Shown: positions 53,929-64,000 of the stretch, one piece after another
Position numbering within the stretch: the stretch's first letter is position 1
How the letters are laid out: each line of letters opens with the position of its first letter
Assembly (NCBI GenBank): GCA_001938485.1
Contig: MQRK01231804.1
Coordinates: 1-64,000, forward strand
Direction of reading: 5' to 3'
DNA: 64,000 nt
Source of the DNA: Girardia tigrina
Taxonomy: Eukaryota
Made by a program: the position numbers and the translations under genes
The notes under the pieces: model-generated
The model's input: the letters and a program-made list of their open reading frames with translations, nothing else
What the model was told of the DNA's origin: nothing
Database searches by the model: none

Positions 53929-55162
53929 TTGGGTTTTTACATGGATTCGTTCGGTTTTTTAACATTTGTTCAAAGCAAAATTCATTCTAAAATAAAAGCT
54001 TTTATTACGAATTATATTGTCTATTACTTTGTATTAATCTGGTCAAAATTTCAGGAAATCGCCTTATTCCTTCTCTCCAGAAAGCTTCGTCCTTAGTCTC
54101 GAAATATATATCAAGATGAATTTTTATGTCGTCCAAAGATGTAAATTATGTTCCGTCAAGATAATTTTGTAGTGAACGAAACAAGTTTTAGTCAGATGGT
54201 AGGATATCTCAACCCAACCCTAATAGGTTATGTATGGTAGTTACAGATGTATGTGGTCACGCACTGTCATGTTGAAAACATATTCTTTGTCTATTATACA
54301 TTTTTTTCCGTTTTTGTGCAAGAGCTGTTTTCAGACTGGCAAGTAGTTCACAGTTTTCGATCGAGTTGATATTCTAATTATTCGGAAGCAGCTCATAGTA
54401 GACTACAGCCATGTACATCCCACTAAATACACAACATCACTTCCTTCGTGGGAAGACTAATCTTTGGCGATGTCTGAGAAGCACAATCGTTATTAGACCA
54501 AGATAAACGGTGCACAACATTGTTGCATATAATCCATTTTTCACCGCCGTTAATCATATTCTGAAGATATAGTTCTTCCTGGATCTTTTAATGAGCTCAT
54601 CACAAACCAGCGTATGTTAAATCAGTTGACGCTTATTCAAATCATCCGGAACCCACACATCAGCATGATTTTCATAGTCTTCAACCTGAATGTGTATTTC
54701 ATGACATTCGCTATCTCATGCAGTGTAAAATGTAGATTTTTTTCCACCACAGTCAATATCGTGGCCTTGCCAGTTGTTGCAGGCCGTTCGGGACGCTCGC
54801 AAGCTTTAGGACTGAATTCTCTGCTTTTGAATAGTATTCAGTAAATAACACTTTTGTACTACACGATCGGTAATTGCAGATGCCCCGTAGACATTTTAAA
54901 TTCTTTTCGTTGCTCGGATTGTGTTTTTATCCGTTTTGAAAATAATGCATAATATGAAGGAAATCCTCATTTCGATCTTCCATTTGACTTTTTAGAAGGT
55001 CACAAACTAAGTAAGAAATTAAATTAATATTATACTACAATGTATCTACAAGTGTACAAAACAACTGAGGCTACTAAAATATCCCCCTTCATCTAAATAT
55101 CGTCCGTCCTTTGGGCGTCAATATCTGGGCGCCAAAATACGAACACACTTGTGGCAATCAAA
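53929..55162 (-). mobile_element. Heavily decayed mariner
   Basis: Degenerate TIRs flanked by TA. Minus strand has DVWVPDDLN (WVPHEL-like), ERPERP (SGRP region) and VMLCI*WD motifs. Confidence 0.7.
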
Positions 55163-55879
55163 TACTTAATCTGTGTTATAAATTTTTGTTAAAAATTAAG
55201 CATTAAAATTTATTTACTAACTTTATTCTATAAATCATATAAAAAGAATAACGACTCACGACTTATCAAAGATGGAAATATTAACAATCAACCAGCGATT
55301 CCAGTTCACCTCGGTGGCATGATACATTGATACATCGAATCTTATAACAATCTATATACATTAAGTGATGAAAAATTGTTACATTTATAAATCTTTTACT
55401 AATTAAAACCTAAAGCAACATTAAATATCAAATTATAAACTAACAGTACTTAAAAAAAGAACCTTTTACTGGTCATTGGACCAAAAATACAAGTCTATTT
55501 TAAAAATATGTAAATATATCGACTCGTTAAATCGAGTACCTTCTGTGACTACTTAAATGTGCAATCAACAACATTGAGTGGATTATTTGATATTTTATTA
55601 AGCTTATAACTTTTGTTTTGTAACTAAAGTTTTATTACAAGTGTCCTCATGGTGGATCATAAGGAAATGAGAAATTCCCCATAACTATTTATGTAAAAAT
55701 GATTCCTTTCTTCCTTTGATTAGAATTATGTACAAATGAGACGATAATAGAAAATTGTAACGACTTATTAGCTTGAGATTCCCGCAACCTCGGGCAAAAA
55801 CAATTCAGATTTTCGTTAGGAAGCGATTGATGAGCGTAGAACTCATGATTTATTTATAAATGTATTTAAACTCTGAGAA

Positions 55880-56037
55880 CAGTAGCGGATTTAGCTATAG
55901 GACTGAGGGAGGAGGGGGGGGTGGCAGACAGCCCTCCACACCCCTGTTGGATTCTAAATGGCGCCCCAAGATGACTTTTTGGCGCCCCCTTAAAGTTTTC
56001 TCGTCCCCCCACGCACCAAAATCTAAATCCGCAAATG
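55880..56037. mobile_element. hAT-type MITE, 158 bp, with 8-bp TSD
   Basis: TIRs CAGTAGCGGATTTAG / CTAAATCCGCAAATG. TSD TCTGAGAA at 55872-55879 and 56038-56045. Confidence 0.9.
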
Positions 56038-56599
56038 TCTGAGAAAAGTATGTAAACCTTAAACATGTTGGTTTTATTTTCTTTCACTATATTTTTAGCC
56101 TCATATTTATAAACATGCTCTTTATAATATCAAATGCGCTTTTATGATGATTACTATTAAAAAATTGTTTTAAAAAAATAAAGACTAAATTTAAACATCA
56201 TAAATTTATATTGATCCGAAAATTTATTTTCAAGACTCACACTCAACTTCTTTTTGAATATCTTCAAATATAACGTTATTATGCGCCATTGGTTATGCCA
56301 TCATTATCATGTAAGGTAAGTTCAGCTGAATTAATTACCGGTTTTCTGCAAAAATTTTCAAGCATTTAAATTTTTTTTGCAAAAATAATGATAAAAAAAT
56401 AACAAGTGCCGTTAAACTTTTGTTTTAAAAGATTAAATTTATAAAAAAATGATTTTAAATGATTAAACAATAAGTTATTAAAAATTGTTTGTTAAATTCC
56501 TATTTTCATATCGAACTACGTAAGATTAAATTTTTTTTATATTTATTCGTTTTCGAATTTTTTTATGTTTGAAGATTTATTCTTTTTAGATTTTGCATT

Positions 56600-57420
56600 T
56601 TTTTTCCTATGCATAGGAAGCCATGTAGTATAAAAGTAAATATCAAGACTCTTGAAATTTTGTGACAAAATAATAACAATATATCCAAAGCAGCAAGAGA
56701 TTGTTGCATTACGAATAAAACAGGAAAAAAGATACGTGGTTATAAAAATAAATCTTCAACATTTAAAGTTGGATCTGACAGAACACCATTTTTTTACTGG
56801 TCATAAAGAAGATCTTGCTAGTTTTTTTATACACGAAGCGAAAAGAAAACAACAGACTTGTTACATGTAGTCTATTGAGGGAACAAGAAAATAAATATTA
56901 ATTTTATGGAACGAAACAGATTCTCTGTTAGAAAAATTATGAATGTAAGATTGGAAGAAAACCGTCCAGTTAAAGAGACAAGATCTGTTATTAAAAACTA
57001 TTTTGCAGTTTCAAAACTGAAGTCAAGGAATCTTGATCCGGAAAATTTTTTTAATATCTAGGAAACACTGATGATTGACATGATGATTCCTCGAACAATT
57101 TCGTTTCATGGAGAAAAATATGGAAGTATTTACTAATAGACATCAAAAAACAAGATTCCCTGTATTTACTTCAAATCTTGTCGGACTAATGATCAAAGCA
57201 ATGTTGATATTGAAAAGATTAAAAAATCCATCGAAATGTAAAAATTCCGCCAAATTTAAAAGATTCTATATAAAATGATGAACCATCGAAAATTTCTAGT
57301 CCGATTAACAATTTGAAAAGATAGTTGTTGCTTATGGATTATTGGAAGATCTACTATAATCTGCTAACGCTGAAGATGAAGAGTCTAGTGATATTGATGA
57401 TAACGATTTTGAAATTTTAT
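56600..57420 (+). pseudogene. Decayed DNA-transposase-like coding remnant, possibly Sola-type
   Basis: Broken frames with DCCITNK, EHHFFTGH and an acidic tail EDEESSDIDDNDFE. Family assignment tentative. Confidence 0.35.
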
Positions 57421-60400
57421 AAATTAAAATAAATAAATCTTACTAATAACTTAGTACTTTTTATGAAATTCTGAACTTTTATTTTTATCGAAAAACTTTT
57501 GTAGAAGGTTTTATTTTGGATGCTTTTTTTTGAAAAAAGTGCTACCAATATAAACTTCGAAAAATGGTGTTGAGATTTTTTGAAAATATTTATTGATATC
57601 TCAATAATCGTATCCTTCAACGAATTGAAATTTATATTAATACAAAAGGAGGACCTTAAAGTTTTAATAATGTTAATCAGTCTGCGTTTGTATTTTTTTG
57701 TTTTTTGAAAAATCCTCAAGTTTCATGAAGTTTTAAAATAATATCTCTCTGGCGCAGATGGCTGATTAATATTTTTTAGTTTTTTAAAAATAATTTAATT
57801 AATATTGTTGATTATTTATTTGAATTAATTATTTTAATTCCATTTTGTATAGTGAAAATATTCAAATATGTAAAAATTAAAAATAATAACAAATCCTGAA
57901 CAAATTTCTGAAAATTATTGTTGTAATAATTCTGTTTGAGATATTAATAAATTTATTAAAGCTAATGGTTGTCAATTATATTTTAATAATTTTTTTACGA
58001 AACTAATAAAATTTGATTGTGATAAAGTAATCATTTAAAACATCGATCACATATTACAAAATAAATTTAAAATTAAAATATTATTAAAAAATTAAATATT
58101 TAATTAATAACATAAAAATTGTTTAAAAGTAACTTTTTATTTTTTATGGAAAGACAAAATCATTTATGCGTGATAATTAAGTTCATAAATTAAAAGAAAA
58201 TAGAATTTAATTAAACAATACAAAAATGCTGTTGTCAAATAAATGTCATTTTACTTCCTGTTATATAAAGTGGAGATTTTTTTATTTTCGAAAAAATATT
58301 TTAAAATTTTCATAAAGAATAATAAATTTGATAATTTTAAGACCATTTTAAATTATCAAATTGTAATTAAATATCAAAAAATAATTATATATATATATAT
58401 NNNNNNNNNNNNNNNNNNNNNNNNNNNNNNNNNNNNNNNNNNNNNNNNNNAATTTGATATTTTACGATAATCTAAATACAATTCTAAAATAATTTGAAGA
58501 AATCAAATAAAAAAGTTAACTAATAAAAATTTTATTCGCATTTAAAAATTTGTTCTCAAATTCAAAAGATTTCGGACATCTGCTTTTCAATTCAAATGAA
58601 TTCGGACACCTACTATTTAAAATCTTGTAACATCGCCCTTTGCTTTTATGGCATCTTCCATTCTTCTATTCATTGAATTGTATAAATTCTGACATTTATC
58701 AATGGGAAAATTATTCCATATTGCTAAAATTTTATTCTGCAAATCAATTTTATTTTTAGGACATTTTTTTCGTAATTCCTTTTTCATAATTGCCCAAACG
58801 TTCTCTATAGAACTTAAATCTGGGCTTCCAGGAGGATATATTATTTTTCATCATCCAAGTTTTTGTAAATTTAGAAGTATGACAAAATGCTCCATCTTGT
58901 TGAAAAATGAAATCTCCATTGTCAAAAATATTGCGTAATAGATGGGGTGAGACTTTCCATTTATATATCGGTATACAACTCCAAATCATAAACGTCCTGG
59001 AAATTTCAGAGTTCGGTTTAAACAGTCCGATAATAATGACTCGGTACTAAGTCTTAAGACCGATTTTCTATTTTCACCCATAGATAATTCAAAACGAGAT
59101 TCATCTGAAAAATAACTTTATTCCAATCATTTTGGCTCAATTTACTATGATTAAGAGCCCATTCAAGTCTCTTTTTCTTTTGAATAGGTGACAGAAACGG
59201 TTTGTTTTTAGCCTTAAAGAAGTGTTACGTAATGCTTATATTTCATTAAAAAAAGCTTACCTTGTAGAATGAATAATTTAATTCATGTATTCGACGTAGA
59301 CAAGTGAACGGAGAAGAAGAAATGCCTGTTTGCATACTCCATTTCTCGTTCATTTTTTGAACAGTAGCACGACGATATTGAGGAATTAACCTCTTCAAAC
59401 ACCGGTTATCAGTAGCGGAAGTCAACTTTAGTCGTCCAGATTTCTTTGGCGATGAGTTATTCTGACGGTATTTAGCTTTTTTAATTTTATCGAACACCGT
59501 CGATTTACTCATCACTAAAATTTTTGAAATTGCCCTTACTGATTTTCCTTTAACATGCATGGCAAATATTTTCTCACACATTCGCGTATACATCTTTTTT
59601 CCACGAACCATATTTTAAAAATAACAAAAATTTAATCGACTGAAATATTTAAACAATAATAATAATAATTCTTTTGAATTGAAAAGCAGATGTCCGAATT
59701 CTTTTGAATTTGAAAACAAATTTTTAAATGCGAATAAAATTTTATTAGTTAACTTTTTTATTTGATTTCTTCAAATTATTTTAGAATTGTATTTAGATTA
59801 TCATAAAATATCAAATTAATTCATCTGTCACGACCCTCTCGAGTTAAAACATTTTCAAAAGCTCAAAAGCCCACAGTGGTTATTATGGGTCAACCACAAC
59901 CCAATGAATTTATTTACTTATTCTCTGTTACATGTTCGACTGTATTTGGGTCGGACGCCTCTTCTCACTTGACATCTGACTAGCAGTGCCAAGCTTGAAG
60001 GGACTGCGGGTTCAGTTCAAGACAGGACAGGCTATGGGCAGTGTCAATCGGGGTTGATTTCATCTTGTAGGTACATATTCTTCTCTAGTGAATGCATTGC
60101 TCATGCTTGTATAAAATGTGTCGGTGATTATAGCTTGAAGCACTGTGATGTAATATTTGAGACTTGCGCCACTGTTGTGTCTGCATGTGAACTTGTGGCA
60201 CCGTCATGTCTGGTTTATCTAAAATTACGAAAATATTATTATATGTTATTGTGTATCGTTATATATTGTATATCAATTTATTCTATATCAACAACAGATT
60301 TACCTAGATAATAATCAATTTAAGTCGTAATTCAAGTCGCTAATTCACGTCAATAATCAAAACAAAATCATTTAGTAAAACGTATTCGCATTTATATATT

Positions 60401-60506
60401 CAATAATCTAAATTTCATCATTACATTAATCGGTTAACGTCTTATCAGTTGAATGAACATATCTCTCAATATTTATTGATTAATTAGACCGTTGTGAATC
60501 AACTGT

Positions 60507-61126
60507 TTACTGTTCCGCACCGGTGGATACATTATTAATCACGAACCGCGTTGGATCATCTAGGTATAATGCGATTGCCTTTTGCTCATAGTTAAACGGG
60601 ACTGATCTCACGTCGGTGATAACCGGGATTTTATCGTATCCTCCATTGGAACTCTGATTATCATCGTCAGCGTATGTTCTCCAATTACATACTACCTCAG
60701 GGTCTCTCTTGCCTGATTTATTCGGCTTATGATAACCTCGGGACATGTCTTATGAGGACGACGGCAACGTCAGGACGGGCTTTACTTCTATTTAATAAAA
60801 CTGAAAGAGGTTAGAATTTAAATATCATTATTATTATGTAAAATACCTAATTATAAATGGATACATTTATTAAAATGGTAATAAAACCTTTCACAAAACT
60901 TTTAAAATTTACATTTGTTTCGATTCAGCAACTGTTCAGAAATTGTCCGGAGGAAGTTGATTCGGGTTAAGCTCTGATTATCTAAGGTAATGCTCGGTAA
61001 TGATTCTCGGATATCCTCCAAATATTTCGCTTTCAAAATCGTCTCAATGTATTCTTCTCTTCTATCGACGTAGTTGTCGTTTGGTTCTGGTTGGTTTTGT
61101 TTCGACTTTAAATGTTGATTGCTCAA
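60507..61126 (-). pseudogene. Candidate spliced accessory gene inside the LTR (minus strand), function unknown
   Basis: TATAAATA at 61191-61184. 74-codon frame 61126-60902 with a TTG start. Intron 60912-60801 (GTAAAT...CTAAC CTCTTTCAG). Downstream 79-aa ATG ORF 60746-60507. Confidence 0.45.
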
Positions 61127-61404
61127 ATTTGGTCGTCAAAATTGTTCTCAAAATGGTGTGTCTTTAATGCAAAATGACTGCGTTATTTATACATGGGTCT
61201 GTCGTCATGCCTTACCGTTGAACCAATCACTGTTTGACAGGACGAGATTCTAAAATTTTGGACTGTTGTTGGCTGGCATATGTTGCTTACTTACTGGTTA
61301 TTCTAATCGATACACCCTGTTTTAGATTTGCACACTGTATGGACGGTCGATTGTGATGACCGGTGTGCGATTGTGATTGTCATGCCTCTGAGTCATAGTG
61401 ATTC

Positions 61405-61919
61405 ATGCTGATTAATCGCATGACTGTTATTTTTGGATTTATGGTTGACTCACGTAAGTTTTTTAATCTAACCTTTATAATTAATTTAATTTCTTGCATT
61501 TCATTCAAGGGGTCACAACTTTCCATCCAAAGATCACACGGGAAAACGGCTTTCTGTCATCGATAGTCCCCACTGAGACCTACGCGGAGAGGGTCATTTG
61601 TTCAAATTCGGCCACTGGGTCACTCGGTAATGCTCTTATTATTTTTCGTCTTGTCATTAATTAACTTTGAATCTATCAGGGTCCACAACTTTTCTCCAAT
61701 TCACACAAATTTCTGATGTGTTCTTCTCATGAATGTTCTTTACAGAAGCCTATCCAGGGAGTGCCAGCTATATAATTTCTTTCATCGGGTAAGTTTTTAT
61801 TCGACTCTGCTTGTTTTTTTTAATTATTTATGTTGCATTTCTAGTTTTCATGCGGTGCTCGTAACATTCTATCGGCATACGAGGATGCCAGGGACAATAA
61901 TCTGGGACTCAATTTGTGA
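61405..61919 (+). pseudogene. Candidate 4-exon mini-gene inside the LTR (plus strand), function unknown
   Basis: Introns 61454-61509, 61627-61679 and 61789-61844 (56, 53, 56 nt; GTAAGT/GTAATG...AG). The spliced frame is open for 72 codons; a second frame from 61729 continues across intron 3 to 61919. Confidence 0.5.
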
Positions 61920-63190
61920 TCTTGTCATTCTATATGATCTTCAAATACATGTATCATAATAACTTCTTGATTCTTTTTTCTTTATTTATTATATTTGTGA
62001 TACACGTCTGCGTATATGGGTTTTCGACCGCAACACATCTATAATACAAATAAGTACATATTATTTATAATTTAAAATTTTTAATAAGAATTATTTTACG
62101 TGTCCGAATACATATGAATTTGGGTAGTAGGAACGAAAGCTTTGTCAGTTATTAAAAAAAACTGTAAATAAATTTTTAATTTAATTTTGTCTTAAATGGA
62201 TTATATATATTATGGATTTTATATGTTATATATTCTAAGGAGCATTTTGACATATTTTTTTGATAAATTTATTTAGTTTTAAGCAACGTTATAGTTTTAC
62301 CACCGCGTAATATTCTTTTTGATGCCTCGTTGGAGAAGAATAATTGAAAGTAATGTCGACTAAATATTCATTCTTACCTAATAAATACAATATTTAAATG
62401 AAATAATTAAAGCGTATTGAAAAAATAAAAGCAAAAATTCAATTATTAAAATTTAAACATTTATATATATTTTTTTATAAACAAATTAGATTGAAATAAA
62501 TTTTTCTTTTATGATAAAATTAATGGAAGATTTAATGAACAAAATATCGAATAGTTTTAGAAAAAAATAAATTGCTTTGATGTTTAAGAATTATTTGAAA
62601 ATTGTTTGTTTTAATTCTTAAATAGAAAATATCAAATAATAAAAACAAAGAAAATAAATCCAGATATTAAATTGTAATTCCAGATTAAAAAAATATATTT
62701 GAGACTCTTCTGAAATCATTCTGTCATAAATATGTATCAAATATCCTCCGGCCAATCATGTGGAGAGGGGGGTGAATTTGAGTTTCGATTAATTATTTTA
62801 TATTTCTCAAAAACATTTAAGTTAACATTTTCTCTACAAAAAAACTTAAACAAAAATTTTTAGAATTATTAAAAAGCAAAAATAATTCTTTTATTTATTT
62901 GGAATGTTTATTATTATTATTATTATTGAAATTATACATAAAGAAATTATATTTTTTCTCAGTTGGAAATCTGATTATTTTATTCGATGGTTTTCGGGGA
63001 GGGGGAAATACAATATGTAATTTTAGAAACTTAAAATATAATTAATATATTTTTTTGGTTTATTGAACATGTAATTATAATTATTAAAAAATTGAATTTT
63101 TTTTAAATATCATAATTCAAATTGAGTTTATTTAGATAATTTACTCTTTAAATTTAATTTTAAATAATTTAAATTATATTTGAAATGATA

Positions 63191-63595
63191 CGTGGTGCAT
63201 TCAACAAGTACCCGGCCTGACAAAGATAACAAATTCCAAAAAGTGCCATTTTTATAACACAAAAAGCTTAACGTATGTATGCATCATTTTTTTACATAAT
63301 GTCCATTTCGCTCCACATACTTCTGCCAACAAATAATCAACTCAGAAAATACCCTCTTGAAAAATTTTGGGGGATATGCGGCGAAGAAATCCTCCACAGC
63401 GACCTACAAATCGTCTTTGGATACAAACTGGATGCCTTTCAAATCCTTCTTTACGTGTCACAAGGAGTAAAAATCGGTCCATGCCAAATCTGGTATGTTC
63501 AATGGATGATCCACAAGCACTAGTCCAGCACCGTCAATTTTGGTTCAAAAAATGCCCCTGTGTGCACCGGTGTATTCTTCTAGATAGACCATAGT
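63191..63595 (-). mobile_element. Mariner (irritans-like) 3' remnant
   Basis: TA|CGTGGTGCATTCAACAAGTACCCGGCCTGACAAAGA matches the TIR at 27553. Decayed PDLAWTDFY motif. Confidence 0.75.
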
Positions 63596-63599
63596 GAGC

Positions 63600-64000
63600 T
63601 ATTCATCTGATTCTGTCTATTCTTTTTGGCGGTTGCCAAGGGTTTGCTGTAATAGACCAGGCCATATTTTAACCATATTTAAACACTTGCAGTGAATCTT
63701 CCATCCGCGTGTTCAGGTAACAGACTGCAAACACATTTTTCTGTCTTGTCTCCATTGCATTTCAAATCTTCCCATACTTTGCATCACCACTACAAATTTT
63801 CCAATGCGGCATTGATTAATTGTTGTAAATGTTCGACAAAACGCACCTCAAAAAAGATGGGGAAAGCTGTAGCACAGGAATCTGTAGGTTGCTGTGCGAA
63901 TCCGTTAAGGAGTTTTGTTCGTTTCTTTGAAGTGCAGAAATATGTCCAAATGCCTCATAGATTCGCGAAATGTTGGCTGAGTCCGTCGGAATCTAGTCCA
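63600..64000 (-). pseudogene. hAT-like transposase remnant running off the window
   Basis: Minus strand reads FPIFFEVRFVEHLQQLINAALENL, resembling the hAT RW-motif region; stops present. Confidence 0.45.

Larger units (their letters stand above)
59826..62035. mobile_element. Large solo LTR (2210 bp), TG...CA, with 4-bp TSD CATC
   Basis: CATC at 59822-59825 and 62036-62039. Termini TGTCACG...CGCAACA. Inserted in the Tc1 TIR; partial second copy at 420-665. Confidence 0.8.
58451..62128 (-). mobile_element. Minos-like Tc1 element (long IR-DR TIRs, intron-containing transposase); right TIR split by a solo LTR
   Basis: ~150-bp inverted match between 58451-58603 and 59667-59817. Internal DR TGTCCGAAT recurs at 62101. 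Transposase MVRGK...YSFYK|AKNKPF...IFSDES...FQQDGAFCH from 59611 to ~58617, with a GT-AG intron at 59213-59260. Left end lost in the N gap. Confidence 0.88.

Noticed and set aside
1-64000. CRISPR arrays, rRNA, tRNA, prokaryotic operons
   Set aside because: No regularly spaced repeat-spacer array or RNA-gene hallmark seen; the sequence is eukaryotic.

Overview
Very AT-rich eukaryotic DNA from a draft assembly with N gaps at 52080-53069 and 58401-58450. The composition, ~50-60 nt introns and TE mix suggest a flatworm such as a planarian, but this is inference only. No intact host protein-coding gene, rRNA, tRNA or CRISPR array was found. The window is a nest of transposable elements separated by AT-rich spacers and short GC-richer, motif-dense islands that look cis-regulatory. 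DNA transposons: about 11 IS630/Tc1/mariner elements or remnants (DD34E, DD35E, DD37E, a Minos-like element with an intron, a Mos1-like element nested in another mariner), an hAT MITE with an 8-bp TSD, hAT and Sola-like remnants, and a possible Polinton terminus carrying RFX X-boxes. Retroelements: a complete 3.8-kb LTR retrotransposon with 75-bp LTRs and a 5-bp TSD, a decayed Ty3/Gypsy gag-pol, an RTE-like LINE fragment, a Penelope GIY-YIG fragment with a degenerate hammerhead ribozyme, and two TSD-delimited solo LTRs. The most unusual signals are (i) a 2.2-kb solo LTR (59826-62035) that appears to carry divergently transcribed, intron-containing mini-genes, (ii) an 864-bp solo LTR with a near-continuous 164-codon frame, and (iii) the short-LTR element, which has DIRS-like RT/RNase H motifs, a DDE-type integrase and no canonical PBS. 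All family assignments come from motif recognition by eye; no database search was run.
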